Below, piece by piece: positions 38,865 to 48,110 of a stretch of DNA of 64,000 nucleotides; the stretch's first letter is position 1; each line of letters starts with the position of its first letter. The stretch lies in NCBI GenBank assembly GCA_030550715.1, contig JAUQOU010000001.1, positions 54,456-118,455 of the forward strand, written 5' to 3'. The stretch is from a bacterium (GTDB lineage: Bacteria > Calescibacteriota > Calescibacteriia > Calescibacteriales > Calescibacteriaceae). Position numbers and translations under genes: made by a program. The notes under the pieces were generated by a model. That model did not search any database and had not been told where the DNA came from. It was given only the letters and a program-made list of their open reading frames with translations.

Positions 38865-39818
38865 TTACTCTGAAAAATATATTTTCCTTACAAACTGAAT
38901 GTTTTTCCTCCAATCCTCTCTCACTTTGACCCAAAGGTCAAGATAAACCTTTTTGCCGGTGAGGAATTCAATCTCTTCTCTTGCAAGCTTTCCTATCTGT
39001 TTTATTTTCTGACCATCTTTACCTATCATGATTTTCTTCTGATTTTTCCTCTCAACATATATTGTTGCCTTTATATATAGCACGCCGTTTTCCCTCTCTG
39101 TTATTTCCTCTACATCAACAGCTGAACAGTAAGGAATTTCCATGTGCACATAGTTATATATTTTTTCCATTATTATTTCTTGAATGACAATTCTTATTGG
39201 CTGTCCTGCTATCATATCTTGTGGGAAAAGAAAACTTTCGCTTTCCATCAGATACTTTTCTGTTGTCTTTAAAAGATCATCTATACCTTCCCCTTTCAAA
39301 GCAGATATTGGAATTATCTCTTTATAAAGGTTCCACTTTGAAACCTCATCAATCATGGGAAGGAGATTTTCTTTCTTTATTAGGTCTATTTTTGTGAGAA
39401 CACAAAAAACTGTTGGATTTTCTAATTTCCCATCTTCTATGAACGACTTTATGTTTTCTGCAACATCTATGTCTTCTCCTTGTATTCCTTCCGATGAATC
39501 AATAAGATGGTAGATTATATTGGCGCTTTTCAGGGCAGATATTGCATTTTTTACCATCTGACTTCCAAGCTCGTTTCTTGGTTTATGTATTCCCGGGGTA
39601 TCTATAAAAGCTAACTGAATGACTTTCCCTTCTTCTCTTATCGTTTTTATTCCTATTATTGATCTTCTTGTAGTTTGGGGTTTGGGTGATACAGCTGCGA
39701 GTTTTGTACCAACAATTTTATTTATGAGTGTAGATTTTCCCACATTTGGTCTCCCAACGCATGCTATATATCCTGACTTTATCTTTATCTTCTTCTCTTC
39801 CATTCCAGAATTTAACAT
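38865..39818 (-). CDS. era: GTPase Era
   Basis: G1 is GRPNVGKST. G2 is PQTTR. G3 is DTPG. G4 is TKID. A C-terminal KH domain is present. Confidence 0.9.
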   Translation of the reverse strand: MLNSGMEEKKIKIKSGYIACVGRPNVGKSTLINKIVGTKLAAVSPKPQTTRRSIIGIKTIREEGKVIQLAFIDTPGIHKPRNELGSQMVKNAISALKSANIIYHLIDSSEGIQGEDIDVAENIKSFIEDGKLENPTVFCVLTKIDLIKKENLLPMIDEVSKWNLYKEIIPISALKGEGIDDLLKTTEKYLMESESFLFPQDMIAGQPIRIVIQEIIMEKIYNYVHMEIPYCSAVDVEEITERENGVLYIKATIYVERKNQKKIMIGKDGQKIKQIGKLAREEIEFLTGKKVYLDLWVKVREDWRKNIQFVRKIYFSE

Positions 39819-39886
39819 ATATACATAAAAAATTTATTTCTGCAAAAGCTGGAAGTATATTTTTCTTCTAAAACTACGAAGAATAA

Positions 39887-40426
39887 TCAGTTCTCTCTTG
39901 GAATTTCCTTACCCTCAAGAATTTCTGCTATTTTTATAAATTCCTCGGGAATATTCTTTGACCTTGACTCAAAGTAGTCAAACATAACCTGTACAGATTG
40001 TGCTTCTGCAACTTTTCTGTAATTTCCATCATCTGATTCAGCTATCACAAGATAATCAAAAATAAAGCTTTTTCTCTTGAAAAGTTTTATTTTAATTCCT
40101 ACTTTTACTCTCTCGTTTAGAAAGAGCTGCGACCTATAGACGCAAGTTATCTCTGCAAGTATTATAGAAAAAATATCTGTCTCTATTCCTTTTTCTTTTG
40201 CGATCTGTCTCATTCTATTCATGTATTCTACTCTTGCTGTTTCTAAAAATGCGATCATAGATACATTGTTTATGTGTCCCATCATATCGGTATCGCAGAA
40301 CCTCATCTGTATTGGGACCCAAACTGAAAATTCTTCTTTTGAGAAGTTGAGAATCTTCCACCCATTTATGACCCCTTCTTCAAGAGATTTTCTTTTTTCT
40401 TCTTCTATTTCCTTCTTATTATCCAT
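39887..40426 (-). CDS. Acyl-CoA thioesterase (hotdog fold, YbgC/4HBT-like)
   Basis: VPIQMRFCDTDMMGHINNVSMIAFLETAR is the 4HBT-type catalytic region. Confidence 0.7.
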   Translation of the reverse strand: MDNKKEIEEEKRKSLEEGVINGWKILNFSKEEFSVWVPIQMRFCDTDMMGHINNVSMIAFLETARVEYMNRMRQIAKEKGIETDIFSIILAEITCVYRSQLFLNERVKVGIKIKLFKRKSFIFDYLVIAESDDGNYRKVAEAQSVQVMFDYFESRSKNIPEEFIKIAEILEGKEIPREN

Positions 40427-40558
40427 AAATTCTTTTATCTAATTTTATGATTTCACTTTTTGTTTTTTTCTGATTTTTGAATGGATTTGATTTTTTTCGC
40501 CAGAACTTACTTTTTTATCTTGACATGCTTTTGAGTTGAAGATGACTATAACCGAAAT

Positions 40559-41086
40559 TTATTCTTCTTTTGTTCTGTTTATGTTGTTTACATTTACCAC
40601 TTTTACAATTTTCTCTCCCGAAAGTATGTTTTTCCCTTCCTGAACATATATTTCCTCTATTACTCCGTCTATTGGTGATTTCAGAGTATTTATCATTTTC
40701 ATTGATTCAAGATCAACAAGTGGTTCTCCTTTTTTAACTTTATCTCCTTTTTTAACATAGATTTTCTTTACTAGAGCTGAAAACGCAGATTTGAGCACGG
40801 CTACATTGTCTTCGTCTTCTTCTCCCTGTGATATGCCTGCTATCCTTTCAACAGAGTAGATTTTACCGTTTATCTCAAATGTAATCTCATACTTTGAAGA
40901 AAATATCGGATTGAATTTATACTTCTCCCCTGTTTCTGGATTTAAGATTGTTATTTCTCCGGTGGGGGTTTTTTCTACCTTGAAGATAGATGTTCTATCT
41001 CCTGATTTAACCTCAATATTTTCTCCTTCCTGTTTTATGAAACCTTCTATTTTTTTCCCGCTCTTTGTTTTTATTCTGAGGCGCAT
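40559..41086 (-). CDS. Biotin carboxyl carrier protein-like (biotinyl domain)
   Basis: The C-terminal biotinyl-lysine motif reads VDLESMKMINTL (EAMKM-like). I prefer the start at ATG 41086 (MRLRIKT), which removes the 38-nt overlap the ORF-track start at 41140 would have with the upstream biotin carboxylase. Confidence 0.7.
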   Translation of the reverse strand: MRLRIKTKSGKKIEGFIKQEGENIEVKSGDRTSIFKVEKTPTGEITILNPETGEKYKFNPIFSSKYEITFEINGKIYSVERIAGISQGEEDEDNVAVLKSAFSALVKKIYVKKGDKVKKGEPLVDLESMKMINTLKSPIDGVIEEIYVQEGKNILSGEKIVKVVNVNNINRTKEE

Positions 41087-41102
41087 GGCAAAATTTTCTT
41101 TT

Positions 41103-42659
41103 TTATTTAAGCTGTCCTCTGCTTTCCATTCTTCCTGCAATTTTCCACGACCTTACTTTCCACGAGCTTGCTCTGCCATTTGCTGATATATATTCATATC
41201 TACCGTTGAGTTCTGCTTGTGATTTTACAATTGTAGATGTCAGATAAGCGCCAAGGAGTATCAGAGGATCGCTAACCTGAGATTCTTCGTTCCACTTTTT
41301 GTACTTTTCAAGAATACTTCTCATGCTCCAGGTGTTTATTTCTCCTTTCCTGAACTCTTCAAGGTTGAGAACGAATTTGAAAAAGGGTATATTGTTTTTT
41401 ATTCCGTATATTTTTAGTTCTTCAAGAGCAAGTAGAGACCTTCTTATGGTTTCTTCTCTGTTTTCTCCTTTCACTATCAGTTTCAGGAGTAATGGGTCGT
41501 ATTGAGATGGGACCTGACAGCCAGAATATAGCCATCCATCACACCTTACGCCCGGCATCGAGGGTTCTTTGTAGAATGAGACATATCCACCAGATGGCAT
41601 AAAGTCATTTTCAGGGTCTTCCGCATATATTCTGAATTCCATTGCGTGCCCGCTTAACTTAACATCTTCCTGTGAAATATCTAATTTTTCACCTTCTGCT
41701 ATTTTTATCTGCCTTTTCACAAGGTCAACTCCTGTTACCATTTCCGTTACGGGATGCTCAACCTGTATTCTTGCGTTGATTTCAATAAAGTAAAAGTTCC
41801 AATCTTTATCTACAATAAACTCTACTGTTCCTGCGTTGAAATAGTTTATTTTTTTCATAACCTTCACGGCAGATTCGCACATCTTCAATCTGACATCATT
41901 TGGAAGCAGAGGAGACGGGCTTTCTTCAATAACTTTCTGATTTCTTCTCTGCAGGGAGCAATCCCTTTCAAAAAGGTATATCATGTTCCCGTATTCATCA
42001 CCGAGTATCTGTATTTCTATGTGTTTTGGTTCTTGAATATATTTCTCAATGTATATTCGTGGGTCCCCAAATGCAGATTTTGCCTCTTCTGATGCCTGTC
42101 TGAAAAGATGGAAAAATTCATCTTCTGAAAATGCTGGTCTCATTCCCTTTCCCCCACCACCCCCTGCTGCTTTGAGAAGAACAGGAAATCCTATACTCTT
42201 TGCTACTTTTAGAGCTTCCTCCGGTGATTCTAAGGCATCTGACCCTGGTACGACAGGAACTCCTGCTTCTTGTGCTTTTATTCTCGCAATCGCTTTGTCT
42301 CCCGACATCATAAGCGATTCAGGAGATGGACCTATGAACTTTATCTTCTCCTGCTCACATGCTTTTGCAAATTCTTCTTTTTCAGATAAAAATCCATATC
42401 CCGGGTGTATAGCGTCTGATTTAGATTTTTTCGCAACATAAATTATTTCATCTATGTTGAGATAACTCGATACCTCGTAAGCTTCGTCAGCAAAGTATCT
42501 CCATATACCACCTCTATCTTGTGGAGTGTATATTGCTACAACTTTTTTCCCTAGTTCTTTTGCTGCTCTTGCTACTCTTATTGCTATCTCACCCCGGTTT
42601 GCAACGAGAATTTTTTTGAAACCCATATTATTATCCAAAGTAGTGGATTTGGTGTTCAA
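41103..42659 (-). CDS. Biotin carboxylase (AccC / pyruvate-carboxylase subunit A type) with extended C-terminus
   Basis: The N-terminus reads KKILVANRGEIAIRVARAAKELG. ATP-grasp motifs are present. At 518 aa it is longer than a typical AccC. Confidence 0.85.
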   Translation of the reverse strand: MNTKSTTLDNNMGFKKILVANRGEIAIRVARAAKELGKKVVAIYTPQDRGGIWRYFADEAYEVSSYLNIDEIIYVAKKSKSDAIHPGYGFLSEKEEFAKACEQEKIKFIGPSPESLMMSGDKAIARIKAQEAGVPVVPGSDALESPEEALKVAKSIGFPVLLKAAGGGGGKGMRPAFSEDEFFHLFRQASEEAKSAFGDPRIYIEKYIQEPKHIEIQILGDEYGNMIYLFERDCSLQRRNQKVIEESPSPLLPNDVRLKMCESAVKVMKKINYFNAGTVEFIVDKDWNFYFIEINARIQVEHPVTEMVTGVDLVKRQIKIAEGEKLDISQEDVKLSGHAMEFRIYAEDPENDFMPSGGYVSFYKEPSMPGVRCDGWLYSGCQVPSQYDPLLLKLIVKGENREETIRRSLLALEELKIYGIKNNIPFFKFVLNLEEFRKGEINTWSMRSILEKYKKWNEESQVSDPLILLGAYLTSTIVKSQAELNGRYEYISANGRASSWKVRSWKIAGRMESRGQLK

Positions 42660-42815
42660 AATTTTTTATTTCAGGAAATTTCTTTTTCTTAATTTTTGAA
42701 ATTTTGATTTAAAATTTCAGATTTTGTATCCGAAGTTTCAACCGAAAATCTCAACTGGTAAGGAATAGAGGAAAATTCACAAGCGGAGTCATAATTACTA
42801 TTTTTAGATTTACTT

Positions 42816-43928
42816 ATGAATCCGCGTAATTTCAGAATAGGTATTTTGGGGGGTGGACAGCTTGCGAAAATGACGGCAATATCAGCAAGGAAACTCGGAT
42901 TTGAAGTTCTAACTCTTGATCCTTCTCCTGAACCTCCTGCTTCGCAAGTTGCAAAACATATAAGGGGTGATTTCAGAAATCCTCATGATATACGTAAGTT
43001 TTCAGATATGTGCGATGTTATGGTGCTAGACATAGAGAACGTATCTGTTGAAGATTTCTACGCATCCGAAGAACATATAGCAAAAAAACTTATTCCTTCT
43101 CCCGAAGTTGTAATCAAAATCAAAGATAAATTTCTTCAGAAAAAAATTGTTTCTGAAAACGGTGTTCCTACTCCCCGCTTTGATACATTCCCCCCTTCAA
43201 AAGAAAAATTTGATTTCCCAGTAGTTCAGAAATTGAGAATTGGAGGATACGACGGAAGAGGGGTGAAAATCGTAAATTCTGAAAAAGAATTTATTCTAGA
43301 TAGACATACCTATCTTGAAGAATTTGTAAATATAAAGAAAGAGCTTGCAGTTATTGTTGCTATTGACCGCAGAGGGAATTATGTGGTCTACCCAGTTGTT
43401 GAGATGGTATTTGATAGAAAAGCCAATATTCTTGACTACCTTGTTGTTCCAGCGAGAATTCCGAAAGATGTAGAAGAGTCAGCCAAAAAAGTTGCATTGA
43501 AGTCCGCACAATCTTTCAGTAGTCCTGGAATCTTTGCAGTTGAGATGTTCTGGATCGGCAACAATACAGTTCTCTTTAACGAAATAGCCCCGCGTCCTCA
43601 TAACTCTGGACACTACACAATAGAAGCTTGCTACACGAGCCAGTTTGAGCAAATTGTGAGAATTGCAGTAGGACTTCCTCTTGGTTCCCCAGAGCTCATC
43701 TCTCCCTGTGTTATGATTAACCTTCTCGGCGAAGGCGAAGGAGAACCATACTACGAAGGATTAGAAGAAGTTCTAGCTATCCCTGGGGTTAGTGTTCATA
43801 TATACGGAAAGAGCAAGGTCTTTCCTTTCAGAAAGATGGGACACATAACAATATTAGATAAAGATGTAGAATCCGCTATTGAGAAAGCAAGATTTGTCAA
43901 GTCAAAAGTAAAGGTGAAGGGTAAATGA
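42816..43928 (+). CDS. purK: N5-carboxyaminoimidazole ribonucleotide synthase
   Basis: RIGILGGGQLAKM matches the PurK N-terminus. The overall architecture is ATP-grasp. Confidence 0.85.
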   Translation: MNPRNFRIGILGGGQLAKMTAISARKLGFEVLTLDPSPEPPASQVAKHIRGDFRNPHDIRKFSDMCDVMVLDIENVSVEDFYASEEHIAKKLIPSPEVVIKIKDKFLQKKIVSENGVPTPRFDTFPPSKEKFDFPVVQKLRIGGYDGRGVKIVNSEKEFILDRHTYLEEFVNIKKELAVIVAIDRRGNYVVYPVVEMVFDRKANILDYLVVPARIPKDVEESAKKVALKSAQSFSSPGIFAVEMFWIGNNTVLFNEIAPRPHNSGHYTIEACYTSQFEQIVRIAVGLPLGSPELISPCVMINLLGEGEGEPYYEGLEEVLAIPGVSVHIYGKSKVFPFRKMGHITILDKDVESAIEKARFVKSKVKVKGK

Positions 43929-43933
43929 AATTT

Positions 43934-44212
43934 TTATCTCTTCCCCCCTGCTATAGCAGGAATAATTGATATTTCATCTCCATCTTTCAGCTCTGAATTG
44001 ATACCTTTCAGAAATCTTATGTCTTCATTGTTTATGTATATGTTTATGAACCTTCTTACTTCTCCGTTCTCATCAAGAATTCTTGTTTTTATTTCCGGAT
44101 TTATCTCGGCAAGTTTTTCTATCAATTCTTTAAGTGTTTTTGCCTCAACATATATTTCGTCTTTACCATCTACGAGTTTTCTCATCGGTCCTGGAATTTT
44201 CACTTTTACCAT
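43934..44212 (-). CDS. MoaD/ThiS-family ubiquitin-like sulfur-carrier protein with a Lys-Arg extension after the Gly-Gly C-terminus
   Basis: 92 aa ending ...SIIPAIAGGKR. The beta-grasp fold is typical of the family. Confidence 0.55.
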   Translation of the reverse strand: MVKVKIPGPMRKLVDGKDEIYVEAKTLKELIEKLAEINPEIKTRILDENGEVRRFINIYINNEDIRFLKGINSELKDGDEISIIPAIAGGKR

Positions 44213-44336
44213 CTGTTGATCCTCCCTGTTTTTTTTAAAATCTTCTTTGAATATAAGTTTTATTTTTTGCAGATTTGAATTTTCAGATTTTCTTGTAATC
44301 GAGATTTTTCCTTTTTTCTTTTTTAGCTTTCTATTG

Positions 44337-45044
44337 ATGCCAGAAGATAAAAAAGTAGATAAGTTGAGGAGAAAATTTCTGGTTTCTACTTTTTCACTTC
44401 CTATTTTCTCTCTTATTCTTTCAAAAAAAGATGCTAACCATAAAAGGTCTTTCGGAGACGATTTTCCCTACAAGGCAAGGCATTTTAAAAACTTTGAAAA
44501 AATCAGAGTTTTCTCAGATAATCTTATCAGAAATCATTTGAAAATATACCAGGATTCTGTTGCTTCTCTGAACACCTTGATAAAAGAGATAAATTCATTT
44601 GCTAATTCTGGTAAATTTTCTCTGCAATACTACGAGCTAAAGAGGAGGTTTTCTTATGATTTTAACTCTGTGAAATTGCACGAAATATACTTTGAAAGCG
44701 TGACAAAAGATAATGTGTATCTCAAAGAGGATTGGGAAATTTTTAAAAGGATCAAAAGAGATTTTGGTTCATTTGAAAACTGGAAGAGTAATTTTACAGA
44801 TCTCGGAATGATAAGAGGAGTAGGTTGGGTTGCCCTCTGCTACGATAAATTATCAGATAAACTTTTTAATATCTGGATAGATGAGAACTTCTCGGGTATT
44901 CTCACAGGGTGTAAAATCCTTCTTGTTATGGATGTTTTTGAGCATTCATACCAGATTGACTATGGCATAAGAAAAAAAGATTATATATCAACATTTATAA
45001 AGGTTATAGATTGGCGTATTGTTGAAAAAAGACTTTCAGAGTGA
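44337..45044 (+). CDS. Fe/Mn-family superoxide dismutase with putative Tat/Sec signal peptide
   Basis: [28 protein letters not shown] aligns with [53 protein letters not shown] aligns with [27 protein letters not shown]. All four metal ligands (H, H, D, H) can be aligned. The N-terminus [29 protein letters not shown] is Tat-like (RRxFL followed by a hydrophobic core). I moved the start to the ATG at 44337 from the ORF-track start at 44247. Confidence 0.7.
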   Translation: [235 protein letters not shown]

Positions 45045-45047
45045 AAT

Positions 45048-47027
45048 TTATCTTTTCATTTTTCTGATTTCAATTAACTCTTTTATCTTTCCGTTTTCCA
45101 TTGTAAGAGAGATGTTAAATTTATCAGTGTTGGCTGTTCTGTGAGTTGCAAATAACACGGTCATTTCATTACTGCTTCCCTCAATATATTTGAAGAGCGA
45201 GCTTATTATTCTTCTTTCTGTCAGTACATCTACATTAGCAAAAGCATCATCAAGTATAAGTATTTTTGGTTTTTTAATCAGAGCTCTTGCAAGGGCAAGT
45301 CGCTCCTTCTGTCCGCCAGATAACTTTGTTCCTTTCTCTCCAACTATTTCATCAAGTCCATTCGGAAAATCCTCCGCTCTGAAGTTAGAGATTTCAAGAT
45401 ACTTTTTAATTTCTTCTTCCTCTGAACTATTCCCATCTTCTACACCGTAATACACAAGTATATCTTTGCCTATCTTGATGTTTTCTCTTATTGTTGTTGA
45501 GAAGAAGAAATTTTCCTGAAGTACTGCGGAAATTTTGCTCTTATATTCAAACAGGGGGATTGCCAAAATATCTTTCCCTCCGAGGAAGATTGTGTTTTCA
45601 GGGGGGTCATAAAGGCGAAGAATAAGGTTGAGAAGGGTTGTTTTGCCTGAACCTGTTTTCCCTTTAATGATGACTTTGCTCCCAAATGGAATATATAAGT
45701 TTACATCTTTCAGTATTCCATAGGAAAGATTTTTTATCTGTATATCATAATTTTCTTTCTCTTTCTGATCCTTTGTATCTTCTGTCATTTTTCCATTTTC
45801 TCTGACTTTAAAATTTTGATTTTTTGTCTGAAATAGAGTTTTGGGAATTTTATCTGTGATGGTTTCAGTTTCTTGCTGGTTTATTTTCTCTTTCTCTTTA
45901 TTGTTGTGGTTTGAGTTTAGAAAATCTATTTCTTCAATGTTTTCAATTTCTTTTTCTTGATCTCTTATTCTTTTTACTCTATATAGTGATGATATACCTT
46001 TTTGTATTATTGTCACGAGGTATCCGATTGCCATAGCAGGCCATATAAGGGTTAGCTGATATGCGATAAACCCTGCAAGTGTTCCTTTTGTTATTGAACC
46101 ATCTATAACCATTTTTCCACCAACCAGAAGCACAATCACAAGAGATACTTCTGCAAGGAAGAAGTTCGCAAGATCAAATTTAGCTCTTTCTTTCGCAAGA
46201 AGCAGATTCACTTTTCTGTAATCTGCACAGTAATTTTCAAATTTTTTCTCTATGTTATTCTCTATTGCGAAGTTTTTTATTATCTTTATTGAGGAAAGTT
46301 TTTCCTGAGCAAAATCTGAAATAAGCGAAAGTTTGTTCTGAACATTTTCAGACAAAATAAATATCTTTTTCTGAAAGGTCACAACAGATAGGGTTATGAT
46401 GATTAAAGGTATAAGTGATACGAGCGCGAGTTTATAGTTTATGAGGAATTCTCCTATTAAGCTGAAGGCAAAGACGGGCATGAGGTGAGCGATTATCATT
46501 CCGCCAAAACCGAGCATTGTTCTTATGTTTTCAACATCATTTATTATAACAGATGATATTTTCCCGGTTCCTTCTCTGTCAAAAAAATGTGTTTTGGTAA
46601 ACATAACGGATCTGAAAACATCATTTCTTATATCTCTTTCGACAAGCCGTCCTGTTCTGACGATTATTATTCTGCCTATGTAAAGCAGTATGCTTCTTAG
46701 AACACCTGCTCCTGCTACCGAAATCCCTACTAATGCGATAAAATCTTTTGTTGTTCCCTTTTCAAGAGCTTCTATTCCTCTTTTTATGAGTGCGGGAATA
46801 ATAGCTGAAAGTACTGCTGACGATACTGTGAATAAAAACCCTGCTATATATCTCCTGATATATTTTCTTATGAATTTCCAGAGGAAAGAAATTGTTTCAA
46901 GAAAAACAGGATATAGATTAGTCGTTTCTAAATCCAGAGTTTCTGAACTTTCAGCTTTTGATTCCGAATTTCTTTTTTCATCATCTTTTATTTTCAAGTT
47001 TCTGTTTCCCTTCTCTTCTTCGGTCAT
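45048..47027 (-). CDS. ABC exporter, fused permease/ATPase, with a low-complexity linker of about 90 aa between the TMD and NBD
   Basis: Six-TM type-I exporter domain. Walker A GKTGSGKTT. Signature LSGGQKERLALARA. Walker B ILILDDA. Confidence 0.8.
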   Translation of the reverse strand: MTEEEKGNRNLKIKDDEKRNSESKAESSETLDLETTNLYPVFLETISFLWKFIRKYIRRYIAGFLFTVSSAVLSAIIPALIKRGIEALEKGTTKDFIALVGISVAGAGVLRSILLYIGRIIIVRTGRLVERDIRNDVFRSVMFTKTHFFDREGTGKISSVIINDVENIRTMLGFGGMIIAHLMPVFAFSLIGEFLINYKLALVSLIPLIIITLSVVTFQKKIFILSENVQNKLSLISDFAQEKLSSIKIIKNFAIENNIEKKFENYCADYRKVNLLLAKERAKFDLANFFLAEVSLVIVLLVGGKMVIDGSITKGTLAGFIAYQLTLIWPAMAIGYLVTIIQKGISSLYRVKRIRDQEKEIENIEEIDFLNSNHNNKEKEKINQQETETITDKIPKTLFQTKNQNFKVRENGKMTEDTKDQKEKENYDIQIKNLSYGILKDVNLYIPFGSKVIIKGKTGSGKTTLLNLILRLYDPPENTIFLGGKDILAIPLFEYKSKISAVLQENFFFSTTIRENIKIGKDILVYYGVEDGNSSEEEEIKKYLEISNFRAEDFPNGLDEIVGEKGTKLSGGQKERLALARALIKKPKILILDDAFANVDVLTERRIISSLFKYIEGSSNEMTVLFATHRTANTDKFNISLTMENGKIKELIEIRKMKR

Positions 47028-47168
47028 TGCAGATTTACCGTATTTTTCCTGATATTCAAAATTTTCAGAATTTCAAATAAAGTTAATGATTTTTTGTGCC
47101 TTTTAGTTAAGGGTAAATTTTTTGTTTTTTGATAAAGCTTTTGTTCTGACTTTATTGTTAAAAAAAAC

Positions 47169-47588
47169 ATGCTTGAGCCAGATATAACCTTTATATATAG
47201 CTTTATAATATTTATCTTTGCATATTTGCTTATCTCTCGGATTCTTATCAGACCGCTGTCGGAGAAATTTTTTGAATACTCCGAAGAGATAAAAAAGAAC
47301 GAAGAAGAAGCAACTAGACTTTTTGAAAAAGCAAAAGAGCTAGAAGAGGAAGCAGAAAAAATATTAGAGGAAGAGAGAGAAAGAGCTGTAAAGTTTTTCA
47401 GAGAAAAAATAAACGAAGCAAATAGAAAAGCAGAGGAAATCAGAAAAGAAGCAGAGGATTTTTTCCATAAAAAATTAGATGAAGAGTTGAGCAAGCTTGA
47501 AGAAGAAAAGAAGAAAATTATGAGTAAGATTCCTGAGATCGCTGAAAAACTATCCGATGAGATAAAACTAAAAGTTTTAGGGAGGTAG
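47169..47588 (+). CDS. atpF2: F-type ATP synthase subunit b' (b-like)
   Basis: A single N-terminal TM helix is followed by a long charged coiled coil. It sits immediately upstream of a second b-type subunit and delta. Confidence 0.6.
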   Translation: MLEPDITFIYSFIIFIFAYLLISRILIRPLSEKFFEYSEEIKKNEEEATRLFEKAKELEEEAEKILEEERERAVKFFREKINEANRKAEEIRKEAEDFFHKKLDEELSKLEEEKKKIMSKIPEIAEKLSDEIKLKVLGR

Positions 47589-47597
47589 AAGCAAGCT

Positions 47598-48098
47598 ATG
47601 GAAGGGCATGGAGGAGATTTTTTTCATACTCTTATTTTCACAGCAATAAACTTTGTCATTTACTCTATCATACTTGCCAAATTTGTTTTCCCTAAATTGA
47701 AATCTTCTCTTGAGCAAAGAGAATTATCAATGAGGAAGGAATTAGAGGAATCTCGTATGAAACTTCGGTCAGCTCAGGAAAAATATGCTCTTGCTCTTCA
47801 GAGAAGAAAGAAAGCAGATGAGGAGAAGATGAAGATAAAAAGAGAATTTGAAGAGCTCGCAAGAAAAGAGTATGAAAAAATAGTAGATTCATCTAAGAAG
47901 TTTGCGGAGAGCAAGATTCAGGAGTTAAGCGCTCTGATAGAAGCAAAAACCAAGGAGTTGAAAAAAGAGCTTGAAAGCTACGCATTAGCGGTTGCCGTTG
48001 AGCTTGCAAAACAGAAAATAAAAAGAGAAAAAACACAGGAAGATGAAAAAAGATTTCTCTCACTTGCAATAGAAAAAATAAAAAATATGAAAAATTGA
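47598..48098 (+). CDS. atpF: F-type ATP synthase subunit b
   Basis: An N-terminal TM helix is followed by an Ala/Glu/Lys-rich coiled coil (LALQRRKKADEEKMKIKREFEE...). Confidence 0.65.
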   Translation: MEGHGGDFFHTLIFTAINFVIYSIILAKFVFPKLKSSLEQRELSMRKELEESRMKLRSAQEKYALALQRRKKADEEKMKIKREFEELARKEYEKIVDSSKKFAESKIQELSALIEAKTKELKKELESYALAVAVELAKQKIKREKTQEDEKRFLSLAIEKIKNMKN

Positions 48099-48110
48099 AG
48101 GTATAGTTTT

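Noticed and set aside
40559-41140. 38-nt overlap of the BCCP-like ORF with the biotin carboxylase gene
   Set aside because: An in-frame ATG at 41086 (MRLRIKT) gives a non-overlapping gene with a 16-nt spacer. The longer ORF-track start is probably not used.
42660-42815. Possible purine or ZTP riboswitch in the 156-bp leader of purK
   Set aside because: I could not find the conserved junction motifs (for example the purine-riboswitch UAUA...CCGUAAAU-like cores or ZTP pseudoknot elements). The sequence is simple AT-rich promoter-like DNA.
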